Assembly (NCBI GenBank): GCA_035512975.1
Contig: DATKCX010000306.1
Location: forward strand, 11,372 to 75,371
Origin: Ilumatobacter sp.
Lineage (GTDB): Bacteria; Actinomycetota; Acidimicrobiia; Acidimicrobiales; Ilumatobacteraceae
DNA length: 64,000 nt
Reading direction: 5' to 3'
Position 1 is the stretch's first letter. Every line of letters begins with the position of its first letter. The notes beneath the pieces are model-generated. The model did no database searches and had not been told where the DNA came from. It saw nothing but the letters and a program-made list of their open reading frames with translations. Positions 1 through 9,823 of the stretch are shown piece by piece. A program made the translations under genes and the position numbers.

Positions 1-1007
1 CCTACGACGGGTCGCTCGTGGGCCCATTCACCTGGGCCAACGGGAAGGTTGACGCTGTGCGCACGTACGCAGCCGAGCACGGTATCGATTTGGCAGCGAG
101 CTTTGCCTATTCCGACAGCGTCTACGACACGCCGTTGTTGTCGGCGGTGGGTCATCCGGTCGTTGTCAATCCCGATCCTCGGATGCGGGTCATGGCCTCT
201 GCACGACGTTGGCCGATTCTCAGTCTTGCCGGCGCAGCGAACTCCGGCGGTGCGGTCGAGTCGCTGGGCATGGGAATCCAAAAGCTCGTGCTCACCTTCA
301 GCCGGCCATCGCTGGTTCCCTACGCCGACATCGACATTCACGGAGCAGAGCTGATCCCCAAGACCGGGCCGGTCATTCTGGTCGGCAACCATCGTTCGTA
401 CTTCGATCCGGTCGTGATGGGCATGGTGGTCGCACAGACCGGTCGCACCATGCACGGGCTGGGCAAGAAGGAAGTGTTCGACCTCCCGTTGCTCGGCACG
501 TTCGCTTCGGCGCTCGGCGGCATTCGGGTCGATCGTGCATCTGGCAGCGAGGAACCGCTGCAGGCTGCGGCAGACGTCCTGCAGAACGGCGGGCTCATCG
601 TGATCATGCCGCAAGGCACTATCCCTCGGGGCCCGGCCTTTTTTGACCCTGAGTTGCGGGGTCGGTGGGGTACCGCGCGCCTCGCCCAGATGACCGGCGC
701 ACCCGTGGTCCCTGTCGGGCTGTGGGGTACCGAGAAGGTGTGGCCGCGATCGTCGCGTCTGCCGAAGATGTTCAATATCGCCGACGCCCCGTCGGTCACC
801 GCCACTGTGGGAGAGCCGCTGCGGTTGAAAGGTAAGGATCTCGACGCCGACACCAAGAAGGTCATGAAGGCGATCGCCGCGCTCCTGCCAGCGGCATCAC
901 GGAAGAAGTACCAGCCGACGGCCGAGGAGTTGGCCCGCACGTACCCGCCCGGCTACGCCGGCGATCCGAACGCTGAGAGCGACCGCCGACCCGGCACCGA
1001 CGCGTAA
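1..1007 (+). CDS. HAD-IB phosphatase / 1-acyl-glycerol-3-phosphate acyltransferase (PlsC-like) fusion, 5'-truncated by window edge
   Basis: Frame is open from the window start. HAD-IB C-terminal motif YSDSVYDTPLL..VVVNPD is followed by acyltransferase motifs NHRSYFD (HX4D) and IMPQGT. Confidence 0.85.
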   Translation, partial: YDGSLVGPFTWANGKVDAVRTYAAEHGIDLAASFAYSDSVYDTPLLSAVGHPVVVNPDPRMRVMASARRWPILSLAGAANSGGAVESLGMGIQKLVLTFSRPSLVPYADIDIHGAELIPKTGPVILVGNHRSYFDPVVMGMVVAQTGRTMHGLGKKEVFDLPLLGTFASALGGIRVDRASGSEEPLQAAADVLQNGGLIVIMPQGTIPRGPAFFDPELRGRWGTARLAQMTGAPVVPVGLWGTEKVWPRSSRLPKMFNIADAPSVTATVGEPLRLKGKDLDADTKKVMKAIAALLPAASRKKYQPTAEELARTYPPGYAGDPNAESDRRPGTDA

Positions 1008-1125
1008 ACGCAACCCGAACGAACATTTCGCGGCGAATTTCCGGTGTACGCCGGAATATCCCTTCATGTCGAAGTGGTTACGGGAGTAGTCTCAACCGAG
1101 GCAATGTTTTCCGCGGGAGCGCATC

Positions 1126-1977
1126 ATGGCACAGTTGACGACACACGGCGATGATCGCCGTTGGGTCGCGTCATGGTGGCGGGGCCGCTATGGCTCTCAC
1201 ATGGCGGTTGAGCTGGCATTGTGTGGCGGTTTGTTCATTCTGTACCGATCCATCCGGGGCTTTACGAAAGCTGATCTCGGCGACGCGTTCGCGAACGCTC
1301 GTGGTGTCGTGAACTTCGAAACAATGTTGGGGTTACCGTTCGAAGACAACCTGCAAGGTTGGTTGATCGATCATCCGTCGATCATCAAGATGCTGAATCA
1401 CTACTATCTGTGGTTCCACTTTCCCACGGTGATCGGGCTGCTCGTGTGGTTGTATCTTCGCCACCCGCGCAATTACCAGCCGTTCCGCAACTTGCTGGCA
1501 GCCGTCACGTTCTCGGCGCTCGTCATCCACTTGGTGTACCCGCTGGCCCCGCCCCGCATGATGTACGGATTCGTCGACACGTTGCGTGTGTACGGCCCGA
1601 GCATCTATCCCGCCAACGCGCTCGACGGAGCTGCGAATCAGATTGCGGCGATGCCCTCTTTGCACTTCGGCTGGGCACTCATCGAAGCGATTGCGGTGAT
1701 AGTGGTGCTCACATCGGGTTGGCGTTGGCTGGTGGTCATCCACCCGACGTTGATGGCATTGGCCATCATCGCGACCGCCAACCATTGGTGGATGGACGCT
1801 GCGGCTTCCGCGCTCATCGTTGTCGCTTCGATCCTGGTGTGGCGGGTGTCGAGCGCGTGGGTGGGCGATCGTCGGTGGTCGTGGGCGCTGTTCCGGTTCG
1901 AAACCGAAGCTGGCATCGAGGAACTCGAGTCGTTCGCGAACTCAGCCGAACTGGTCGCCGCCGAACCCATCGATTGA
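1126..1977 (+). CDS. PAP2-superfamily membrane protein (AUR1/inositol-phosphorylceramide-synthase-like)
   Basis: Multiple TM segments; motifs YPLAPPR, AAMPSLHFGWA and ATANHWWMD; GGAG Shine-Dalgarno upstream. Confidence 0.8.
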   Translation: MAQLTTHGDDRRWVASWWRGRYGSHMAVELALCGGLFILYRSIRGFTKADLGDAFANARGVVNFETMLGLPFEDNLQGWLIDHPSIIKMLNHYYLWFHFPTVIGLLVWLYLRHPRNYQPFRNLLAAVTFSALVIHLVYPLAPPRMMYGFVDTLRVYGPSIYPANALDGAANQIAAMPSLHFGWALIEAIAVIVVLTSGWRWLVVIHPTLMALAIIATANHWWMDAAASALIVVASILVWRVSSAWVGDRRWSWALFRFETEAGIEELESFANSAELVAAEPID

Positions 1978-2592
1978 CGCGAATTTCACAACCGGGTCGC
2001 GGGAAAGCTTCGTCGGTTGGTGCACCGGGTAACCGAGACACAGCATCGCCACGATCGCGTGGTGCTCGGGCAAATCGAGCAACACGCCTGCCTCGGGTTC
2101 AGAGCGGCTGAGGAACGTCGTCAGCACGCCGCCCAGGCCGTGCGACCTAGCGGCCAACAGCAGGTTCCAGCAGAACGGGTAGATGGACGCGCCGGGTACC
2201 ACCGCGACGCGATCGAGGTTGCCGTCCGCGGCGACGATGAGTCGCAGATCGGCGGCAACCACCAGCACGACCGGAATCGTGTCGAGCGCGTCGAGTAGTG
2301 GGTTCGGGTGAGCAGCGATATCGGCCGGCGTGACGTAGTCGACAGCATTGAAAGGCGTCTGTCCCTCAGCCGACGCGGTGCGGTATTCGTTCCACGTCGG
2401 CTGCATCAGGGTGCCGAGTTGCCGCCGCAATTCGCGGTCGTTGACCACGGTGACCTTCCACGGCTGTCGATTGCCGCCGGACGGCGCGAATCGTGCGGTG
2501 TCGAGCACGTCGACCAGCACCTCGTTTGCGACCGGCCGATCGGTGAACGACCTGACCGCCCCGGTGGTTCGTAACGCTTCGCGAAGGTCCAT
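1942..2592 (-). CDS. Nitroreductase family protein
   Basis: MDLREALRTTGAVRSF, ARFAPSGGNRQPW and LLLAARSHGLG motifs. Start moved to ATG 2592, which has TACTGT 7 nt upstream. Confidence 0.85.
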   Translation of the reverse strand: MDLREALRTTGAVRSFTDRPVANEVLVDVLDTARFAPSGGNRQPWKVTVVNDRELRRQLGTLMQPTWNEYRTASAEGQTPFNAVDYVTPADIAAHPNPLLDALDTIPVVLVVAADLRLIVAADGNLDRVAVVPGASIYPFCWNLLLAARSHGLGGVLTTFLSRSEPEAGVLLDLPEHHAIVAMLCLGYPVHQPTKLSRDPVVKFASIDGFGGDQFG

Positions 2593-2612
2593 CCGAGCGA
2601 CAGTACTCAGCG

Positions 2613-4886
2613 TCACTCGGCGGCGGCTGCGACCTTTTGACGGACGATGTTCAACGCCGACCCGGCTTCGAACCACTCCACTTGTTCGGGGCTGAACGTG
2701 TGCACGCCTTCGAAGTCGATCGTGGTGCCGTCGGGCTTGACGATCTGGCACCGCACGGGCTTGCCGGGAACCGGTGGCAAGTCGAGCACGCTGATGCGGT
2801 CGTCTTCTTCGATGAGGTCGTAGGTGTCTGGGTCGGCGAACGTCAGCGGCACCATGCCCTGCTTCTTCAGGTTGGTCTCGTGAATGCGGGCGAACGAGCG
2901 GGCGATGGCGACGAGCCCCAGACGGAAGCGCGGCTCCATGGCGGCGTGCTCGCGGCTGGAGCCTTCACCCATGTTGCGGTCGCCGATCACCACCCACGGT
3001 TGGCCAGCCTCGTGGTAGGCCTTGGCCATGTCGGGGAAGCTCTGGCGCTCACCGGTGAGGACGTTCTTACCCATGCCGACGATGCCTTCGTTGTAGGCCG
3101 ACACCGCACCGAGGTACAGATTGCCAGAGATGTTCTCGAGGTGGCCTCGGTACTTCAGCCACGAACCCGCCATCGAGATGTGGTCGGTGGTGAACTTGCC
3201 CTGCGCCTTCACCAGCACCGGCAGCCCGATGTAGTCGTTGCCGTCCCACGCCGGGAACGGTTCGAGCAGTTGCAAACGGTCACTGCTCGGCGACACCGCG
3301 ACCATGACACCCGAGCCGTCGGCTGGGGGAGCGGTGAACGTGTTCTCGCCGGGGTCGTATCCGGCGTCGGGCAGGACCTGCCCGACGGGTCCGTCGAGCC
3401 ACACTTCGGTGCCGTCTGGCGCAATGAGGGGCTCGGTGATGGGGTCGAAGTCGAGACGACCCGAGAGCGCGATGGCCATGACCGTGTCGGGCGAGGTCAC
3501 GAATGCCAGTGTTTGGGCCGAACCGTCGTTGCGCTTCGGGAAGTTGCGGTTGAACGACGTGACGATCGTGTTGGGCACGCTGGTGATCGATTCGGGGCGG
3601 CTCCACTGACCGATGCATGGGCCGCAGGCGTTGGCGAGCACCGTTGCGCCGACCGCTTCCAAGTCGGCCAACAAACCGTCGCGCTCGATGGTGGCGCGGG
3701 TCTGCTCGGACCCTGGTGTGATGAGCAACGGCACCTTGGCGGTGAGCCCCGCCGCGGCAGCCTGGCGAGCGATCGAAGCGGCGCGGGTGATGTCTTCGTA
3801 GGACGAGTTGGTGCAGGAACCGATCAGTGTCGACGACACGTCGATGGGCCAGCCGTTTTCGCTGGCAGCGGCACCGACGCCGTCTTTGCCGATCTTGTGA
3901 GCCAGGTCGGGGGTGTGTGGCCCGTTGATCAGCGGCTTGAGCGTGTTGAGGTCGATCTCGATGAGCTCGTCGTACAGTGCGCCGTCGTCTGGTCGCAGGT
4001 CGGCCGCGACCTGGTCGGCGGCATCGGCGATGGCTTCGCGGCCGGTGGCCTTCAGGTACATGGCCATGTTCTGGTCGTAGCCGAAGACCGACGTGGTGGC
4101 TCCGATCTCGGCACCCATGTTGCAGATCGTGGCTTTGCCGGTGGCCGAGATGGAGTCGGCACCGGTGCCGAAGTACTCGATGATGGCACCGGTGCCACCG
4201 GCGACGGTGAGCTGACGGGCCACCTCCAAGATGACATCTTTCGGGCTCGACCAGCCAGACAGCGTGCCGGTGAGCTTGACGCCGATGACCTTGGGCCAAC
4301 GGACGTTCCACGGGAAGCCGGTCATGACGTCGACGGCGTCAGCTCCACCGACACCAACAGCGACCATGCCGAGTCCGCCGGCGTTCGGGGTGTGGCTGTC
4401 GGTGCCGATCATCATCCCGCCTGGGAAGGCGTAGTTCTCGAGGACGACCTGGTGGATGATGCCAGAACCCGGTCCCCAGAAGCCGATGCCGTACTTCGCC
4501 GACACGGTCATCAGGAAGTCGTAGACCTCTTTGTTGGTGTCGATTGCCACGCCGAGATCTATGGACGCACCGACTTTGGCCTGGATGAGGTGGTCACAAT
4601 GCACGGTCGACGGCACCAGCGCTTCTGGGAGGCCGGCGGTCATGAACTGCAGCAACGCCATCTGGGCGGTGGCGTCTTGCATGGCAACCCGGTCGGGGTT
4701 GAAGTCGTTGTACGTGCCGCCGCGTTCGATGTCGGCGGAGGGGTCGGCGAGGTGGTTGATGAGGATTTTCTCGGCCAGGGTGAGCGGGCGACCGAGTCGC
4801 TCGCGGCCCGCCTGGACGTTGCTGGGGAGCTTGGCGTACACGGCTTCGACGAGAGCGATCGGTGTGGTGGCAGTGACAGTCGGCAT
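2613..4886 (-). CDS. acn: Aconitate hydratase (mitochondrial-type, 757 aa)
   Basis: [52 protein letters not shown] and [10 protein letters not shown] aconitase motifs. Confidence 0.95.
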   Translation of the reverse strand: MPTVTATTPIALVEAVYAKLPSNVQAGRERLGRPLTLAEKILINHLADPSADIERGGTYNDFNPDRVAMQDATAQMALLQFMTAGLPEALVPSTVHCDHLIQAKVGASIDLGVAIDTNKEVYDFLMTVSAKYGIGFWGPGSGIIHQVVLENYAFPGGMMIGTDSHTPNAGGLGMVAVGVGGADAVDVMTGFPWNVRWPKVIGVKLTGTLSGWSSPKDVILEVARQLTVAGGTGAIIEYFGTGADSISATGKATICNMGAEIGATTSVFGYDQNMAMYLKATGREAIADAADQVAADLRPDDGALYDELIEIDLNTLKPLINGPHTPDLAHKIGKDGVGAAASENGWPIDVSSTLIGSCTNSSYEDITRAASIARQAAAAGLTAKVPLLITPGSEQTRATIERDGLLADLEAVGATVLANACGPCIGQWSRPESITSVPNTIVTSFNRNFPKRNDGSAQTLAFVTSPDTVMAIALSGRLDFDPITEPLIAPDGTEVWLDGPVGQVLPDAGYDPGENTFTAPPADGSGVMVAVSPSSDRLQLLEPFPAWDGNDYIGLPVLVKAQGKFTTDHISMAGSWLKYRGHLENISGNLYLGAVSAYNEGIVGMGKNVLTGERQSFPDMAKAYHEAGQPWVVIGDRNMGEGSSREHAAMEPRFRLGLVAIARSFARIHETNLKKQGMVPLTFADPDTYDLIEEDDRISVLDLPPVPGKPVRCQIVKPDGTTIDFEGVHTFSPEQVEWFEAGSALNIVRQKVAAAAE

Positions 4887-4887
4887 G

Positions 4888-4910
4888 TAGACAACTATAA
4901 TACAAGTCTA
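4888..4910. promoter_or_regulatory. Aconitase -10 box (TATAGT, leaderless) inside a TAGAC..GTCTA inverted repeat; candidate GntR operator
   Basis: Minus strand reads TTGTATTATAGTTGTCTAC-ATG. AT-rich island between divergent acn and gntR. Confidence 0.55.
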
Positions 4911-4974
4911 TGGTGATTGGAAACTCTGCTGACGAAGTGCCCCCGACAGGCCCGTTCGCGTCGGCAGACGCGCC

Positions 4975-5703
4975 GTGACACGCCGAATTCGCTATCAGGA
5001 GATTGCTGACTCGCTGCGCGAACGCGCCCGCGCGGCCGCACCAGGCAGCCTGCTACCCAGCGAGTCGGAGTTGTCGGTGGAGTTCGACGCGAGCAGGGTC
5101 ACGGTGCGTCGTGCCCTCGACATCGTGCGTGACGATGGCTTCATCGCCGCTCGACAGGGGTTCGGCTGGTTCGTGGCCACCGAGCCGGTACGTCAGCGAC
5201 TCGAACGTTTGGGAACGATCGAGGGGCATTTGTTGGAGAGCGGCCGAACGACAGCGCGGCAGGTGATCGAGTTCGCGTTCGTTCCCAGCCCGCCCCATGT
5301 CAGCGACGTGCTGGGTGTGCCGCAGGTGCTGCGTGTCAAGCGCGTCAGCCTGGCCGACGGCGAGCCGTTTGCAGTGGTCACGGTGTGGTGCCCGGCCGAG
5401 TTGGGTGGCAAGTTGTCGCGCGACGACGTCGAACGGCGACCGTTCTACGAACTCCTCGATGTCGAGTTTCGCGGTGCCTCCCAAACCATCGGTGCCGAAG
5501 CAGCAGGTGAGGCCGATGCCGAGCTGCTCGCCGTTCCGGTCGGTGCTCCGTTGCTCACGTGTCGGCGAATCACCACCGATGCGTCGGGGAGCGCTGTATT
5601 GCTGAGCGAGCATCGCTTCCCTGGCCACCGCACCGAGTTCGTCGTTGATCTCCCACACGACGAGCCGAGCATCACACCCAGCGGTCTTCGACTCGTCGAG
5701 TGA
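4975..5703 (+). CDS. GntR family transcriptional regulator (HutC/UTRA type)
   Basis: LPSESELSVEFDASRVTVRRAL wHTH, RQGFGWFV, and a C-terminal UTRA domain. Confidence 0.9.
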   Translation: MTRRIRYQEIADSLRERARAAAPGSLLPSESELSVEFDASRVTVRRALDIVRDDGFIAARQGFGWFVATEPVRQRLERLGTIEGHLLESGRTTARQVIEFAFVPSPPHVSDVLGVPQVLRVKRVSLADGEPFAVVTVWCPAELGGKLSRDDVERRPFYELLDVEFRGASQTIGAEAAGEADAELLAVPVGAPLLTCRRITTDASGSAVLLSEHRFPGHRTEFVVDLPHDEPSITPSGLRLVE

Positions 5704-5760
5704 GATGTGCCCGCTGAGATGTGCCCGCTGAGATGTGCCCGGTGACATGTGCCCGGTGAC
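5702..5760. repeat. 14-bp tandem repeat x4 (GASATGTGCCCGST) beginning in the gntR stop codon
   Basis: Units at 5702, 5716, 5730 and 5744 read directly. Confidence 0.95.
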
Positions 5761-5796
5761 CGAAACTCGGAGCGGACCCGCAGTAGATTCGCTCCG

Positions 5797-7053
5797 GTGG
5801 CCAACCGACGGGCGAGGACGCCGAGCGCTCAACTGATCGTGGTCGCGCTCGTTGTGCTGGCTGGATGTAGCCGAACGGTGGAATCGGCAATCGTCGACAC
5901 CGTCCCGTCGAACTCCGGGCCGCTCGTCACGCTCGTCACCACCACCACCGACGCTGCGACAGTGGTGACGGCGACAACGGCTGCGGTCTCCACGACCGCC
6001 ACACCGACCGCCACCGCCGTACCGAACAGCTCGCCGGAGACGACGACCACGACGATGCCGACGCCGAGCACCACGGCAACCACCACGGTGACCACCACGA
6101 CGACCACCACGACGACCACCACGACGACCACCACGACGACGGTGCCGCCGCTCGACGTGTTCGAACCCACCTGTGTCGTCGAGGTGCAACCAAACGGTTC
6201 GCTGCTCGCCATCATCGACGAGTTCGACGACGATTCTGTCGACGTGGAAACGGTGATGGCCGAGAACGGGCTCGAGAGCGACGTACTCGTGCCACGGCAG
6301 CTGCTGGACATGTGCGTCGACAACGGAATCGACGACATCACGGGCGAGGCGCGCGGCCAACGCAACTCAGCGATCGTTGCGCGTGCTGTCAGGATCCAAC
6401 AGACGAAGTTGAATGAGCTGTTCGCCGGGTACGGCATCAACGAACTGCTGGTCGACGGCATCTCCGGCCCGGTCACGCGGCAGCGACTCTGCGCGTATCG
6501 GCTGGCCGTCGGGCTGCCGGTCAGCACCGACGACATGTCTCCAGGAAGTGCCGAAGAGTCCCAGCTGATGAACACGGCGGTGCTTCCGATTCCATTCAAC
6601 CCGGCGATTCTGGCTGAGCGGTGGATCATCATCGACAAGACGTGTCAGATCATGTTCGTCGGAGAAGGAACCAGCGCTCTGAAGTTCGTGTTCCCCACGT
6701 CGACCGGCGTGGCCGAGTTCGAAACCAGGCTGCAGGAACGCAGCCGGGTCTTCAAGTTCAACCCCGCCGTCGAGAACGGCGGCTGGCACGACAGCCTCAC
6801 GTACCCGGCGGCAGAAGACAATCCTTTGAACGGCAACATGTACAAGCCGCTCTACTTCGACAACGGCCAGGCAATTCACGGCGCGAACAACGTGCCGACC
6901 ACGCCGGCGAGCAAGGGCTGTGCCCGTCTGCGCGTGGAACACATGGATCAGCTGATCGCGTGGCTCGGGCTCGCCGACGCCACCGGTGTCACGCACGATC
7001 GCAACCGCATCAACGTGGCGGTGAACGTCGTGGGTGTGTTCGTGCCGCGTTAG
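5797..7053 (+). CDS. L,D-transpeptidase family lipoprotein with Thr-rich linker, LysM-like and PG-binding-like segments
   Basis: Lipobox VLAGC; poly-Thr; C-terminal YkuD-like AIHG..ASKGCARL. GTG 5797 chosen because TAGATT lies 7 nt upstream (ORF track starts at 5749). Confidence 0.8.
   Translation: MANRRARTPSAQLIVVALVVLAGCSRTVESAIVDTVPSNSGPLVTLVTTTTDAATVVTATTAAVSTTATPTATAVPNSSPETTTTTMPTPSTTATTTVTTTTTTTTTTTTTTTTTVPPLDVFEPTCVVEVQPNGSLLAIIDEFDDDSVDVETVMAENGLESDVLVPRQLLDMCVDNGIDDITGEARGQRNSAIVARAVRIQQTKLNELFAGYGINELLVDGISGPVTRQRLCAYRLAVGLPVSTDDMSPGSAEESQLMNTAVLPIPFNPAILAERWIIIDKTCQIMFVGEGTSALKFVFPTSTGVAEFETRLQERSRVFKFNPAVENGGWHDSLTYPAAEDNPLNGNMYKPLYFDNGQAIHGANNVPTTPASKGCARLRVEHMDQLIAWLGLADATGVTHDRNRINVAVNVVGVFVPR
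6070..6140 (+). repeat. ACC/ACG low-complexity repeat encoding poly-Thr linker
   Basis: (accacgacgacc)n visible in the sequence. Confidence 0.85.
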
Positions 7054-7056
7054 CAG

Positions 7057-7767
7057 CTACGGCGAGCGGTGCTGGAAGGTGCCGCCGTCGAGCGTTGGCA
7101 CCACGGTGCTGATGTCGAGTCGAGCGGCTTCGCGCACGTCATCTCCGTGGCCCCGTTCCCAGAGTTCGCGACCCGATGCGGTGGCCGTGAGCAGATCGAG
7201 CAGCAGCGGTTCCGCGTCGATGAACGCGGCCCGCGCGGCGCGAGCAGCAGGGGAGCAGCACGGTTCGGTGAGGGATCCACCAGGATCGAGCGCCCGAAGG
7301 ACGGCACCGGCCCCGATGAGATCCTCTTCGGCTGGGCGGAGCGATCCGTCCGGCCAACGTTCACCTGCCGCGATGACGCCGATCGGCCCGCCGTTCGCTA
7401 CAGCGGCCGCTGCATTCGCGGCCGCCGACGCATTGCGCAGGCTGGCGGCGATGACCGTCGCACCGGTGGCTGCGGCGGTGAGCGACACCTGCGCTCCATT
7501 CAGCGACCAGAGCTCGAGGTGCCCGCCGGAGTGGGAGCGGATCGTCGCCGGGCTGAGAGCGGCGAGCGAGCCGCTCGACCCGGTTGCCGCTGGTGTGACA
7601 GTGATCCCGCGCTCGGCGGCCACGGTGACGGCGGTGGTGAAACGAAGCACGTCGACGATCATCAGTACCACGCAATCGGCGAGAGCTGCCACGCCCGACG
7701 GGGCCCAGTCGAACCGAAACGAAAACCCGTCTTGAGCGTGCCAGGCCGTGGGTTCGAGCGTGCCCAT
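7057..7767 (-). CDS. 2-phosphosulfolactate phosphatase (ComB) family protein
   Basis: IVDVLRFTT, SLNGA, AGERWPDGSLRPAEEDLIGAG motifs. Confidence 0.85.
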   Translation of the reverse strand: MGTLEPTAWHAQDGFSFRFDWAPSGVAALADCVVLMIVDVLRFTTAVTVAAERGITVTPAATGSSGSLAALSPATIRSHSGGHLELWSLNGAQVSLTAAATGATVIAASLRNASAAANAAAAVANGGPIGVIAAGERWPDGSLRPAEEDLIGAGAVLRALDPGGSLTEPCCSPAARAARAAFIDAEPLLLDLLTATASGRELWERGHGDDVREAARLDISTVVPTLDGGTFQHRSP

Positions 7768-7786
7768 GGGTGCTGCGCTTCGTGCT

Positions 7787-8434
7787 CTACCAGGTGTCCC
7801 AGTGGCTCACTTCGGTGGCCGGCAGACGACTGGCGACCTTGAAATCGGTGCCCATGGTGTAGGCGATGGGGAAGAGGCCCGCCTGGCTGTAACGTTCGAA
7901 CGGGATGCCCAACAGCTCGGCCGCCTGCTCTTCGCCGCCGCCGATGAGGTGCAGCGTGGTCCACGAGGAACCGATACCCCGCTCGCGTAGCGCCAACATG
8001 AAGCTCCACACCGCAGGCAGCAGCGACCCCCAGAACGAGGCACCCATGCCGCCCACCCCGTCGACGGGGCGCCCTTCCAAACAGGGCACCAGCAGCACGG
8101 GAGCACGATGCATGTTCTCGGCGAGGTAGGTCGCCGAGTCGGCCACCTTGTCTGCTGCGGCTGCACGCGGGTCGTCACCGTCGTATTTGGGGCGCGGCTG
8201 GCTGGAGTACCAGGTGAAGTTCTTCAAATAGATTTCCTGGAGCGCCAACTTCTTCGCTTCGTCGGTGACGAACACCCATTGCCAACCCTGACGGTTCGAC
8301 CCGGTTGGTGCCTGCAGTGCGAGTTCGAGACATTCCATGATGATGTCGTGCTCGACGGGACGGTCGAAGTCGAGCCGCTTGCGGACGGATCGAGTGGTGG
8401 CAAGTACTTCATCGGCAGACAGGTCGAGGCGCAT
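7787..8434 (-). CDS. Nitroreductase family protein
   Basis: TTRSVRKRLDF, ALQAPTGSNRQGWQW and ALRERGIGSSWTTLHL motifs. Confidence 0.88.
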   Translation of the reverse strand: MRLDLSADEVLATTRSVRKRLDFDRPVEHDIIMECLELALQAPTGSNRQGWQWVFVTDEAKKLALQEIYLKNFTWYSSQPRPKYDGDDPRAAAADKVADSATYLAENMHRAPVLLVPCLEGRPVDGVGGMGASFWGSLLPAVWSFMLALRERGIGSSWTTLHLIGGGEEQAAELLGIPFERYSQAGLFPIAYTMGTDFKVASRLPATEVSHWDTW

Positions 8435-8568
8435 CGCCCGAGTCTGTCAGGAAGTCCCTCTCGTGCAGAAGGTGAGTGCACGCATGGGTACATGCACTGG
8501 CTACATGCATGAGCACTCATGCTCGACTCGCCGGTATCGTCTGAGGTCCGCGATACGAAGGATCACTC

Positions 8569-8895
8569 ATGGCCCCGCAACCAAAACTCACTCCGCTGCA
8601 AGAGCAAGAAGCTCGCCGCCGTGCTCAGATGGAGGCGAAAGCGTCGAAGACGCCCCGTAACATCTCCGACGAGGAGAAGGCACTTCGGAAAGAGCGCGTT
8701 GCGGCTGCCAAAGAGGCGCTCAAGACATCCGTCGGTCTCAAGGGTGATCATGTCGCTGCCGCTCGCACGGCGCTGAAGACGTACCTGCAGCGTTTGAACG
8801 AGAAGAACCAGCCCGACGACGCGCGCTTCGCCGAGTTGGTCGAGGCACCGTTCAAGTCGCCACCAAAGCGCAACACCAACGACCGTCGCTTCTGA
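8569..8895 (+). CDS. Hypothetical basic helical protein (108 aa)
   Basis: AAGGA SD upstream; GC3-rich codon use; fills the intergenic gap; no recognised domain. Confidence 0.7.
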   Translation: MAPQPKLTPLQEQEARRRAQMEAKASKTPRNISDEEKALRKERVAAAKEALKTSVGLKGDHVAAARTALKTYLQRLNEKNQPDDARFAELVEAPFKSPPKRNTNDRRF

Positions 8896-8995
8896 CGTTT
8901 CGGGAATCAGCGAATAGGTCGTTTCGCTCCCATTGAATCCACCGGTCATTCCGCGAGATCGGCTCGCGGACCACTCGTCTGCGAGACTCGTTGCC

Positions 8996-9814
8996 ATGTC
9001 TGATCGCGTCCTGGTGTCCCTGTCCGACGGCGTCGCAGAGGTGCGCTTCAATCGCGCCGACAAGCGCAATGCTCTCGACGGCGACCAGTTTTTGGCCATT
9101 GCCGACGCCGGTGAACAGGTGAAATCGATGGGCGGCGTGCGCGCGGTCGTGCTCTGCGGCGATGGAGCCTCGTTCTGTGCCGGTCTTGATTTCTCGGTGT
9201 TCGCCGGTATGGCTGGCGGCGAAGCAGGCGCAGAGTCAAGTAGTCGGCCGTCGGGCAACCCGGCTGCCATGGTCGAGGGCAAGATCACGCAGCTCGCGCA
9301 GCAGGTGTGTTGGGTGTGGCAGGAGATCGAAGCCCCCGTCATCGCTGCCGTGCAGGGGCATGCCCTCGGCGGTGGCTGCCAGATCGCGCTGGGGGCCGAT
9401 ATCCGGTTCTCGCGACCCGACACCAAGTGGTCGGTGCGGGAAGTCCATTGGGGATTGATTCCCGACATGACCGGCACGTTCATGTTGTCGCGCTTGGTGC
9501 GCAGCGACATCGCGCGTGAACTGGTGTACACGGCCAAGGTGATCGACGGCAACGAAGCACACGCCATCGGCCTCACCACCCATCTCGCCGACGACCCATA
9601 CGCCGCCGCTCACGCGCTGGCCGGCGAGATTGCCGGTCGCAGCCCACAGGCCGTGCGCGGGGCGAAGGAGCTGTTCAACCGCATGTTCGTGCAGGACGCT
9701 GCCGAACAGTTCGAAGCAGAGCGTCAGGTCATTCGCACGCTGATCGGTACTCCCAACCAGGTGGAAGCCATCACCGCCAACCTGGAAAATCGACCGGCGA
9801 ACTTCACCGACTGA
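8996..9814 (+). CDS. Enoyl-CoA hydratase/isomerase (crotonase) family protein
   Basis: FNRADKRNAL, FCAGLDF, VIAAVQGHALGGGCQIALGADIR and GLIPDM motifs; start refined to ATG 8996. Confidence 0.9.
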   Translation: MSDRVLVSLSDGVAEVRFNRADKRNALDGDQFLAIADAGEQVKSMGGVRAVVLCGDGASFCAGLDFSVFAGMAGGEAGAESSSRPSGNPAAMVEGKITQLAQQVCWVWQEIEAPVIAAVQGHALGGGCQIALGADIRFSRPDTKWSVREVHWGLIPDMTGTFMLSRLVRSDIARELVYTAKVIDGNEAHAIGLTTHLADDPYAAAHALAGEIAGRSPQAVRGAKELFNRMFVQDAAEQFEAERQVIRTLIGTPNQVEAITANLENRPANFTD

Positions 9815-9823
9815 CTCACATGT

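Noticed and set aside
2637-4916. Long antisense ORFs (759 aa here; also 21579-23567, 32422-35040, 35896-38337, 38725-40377, 11506-13155)
   Set aside because: They mirror well-supported genes on the other strand and have no motifs; expected shadows of GC3-biased coding.
5702-5760. Tandem arrays as CRISPR
   Set aside because: Units are 9-21 bp, abut directly with no unique spacers, and there are no cas genes.
7057-7767. comB as evidence for coenzyme M synthesis
   Set aside because: No comA/C/D/E nearby; ComB-family phosphatases are widespread in bacteria without CoM.
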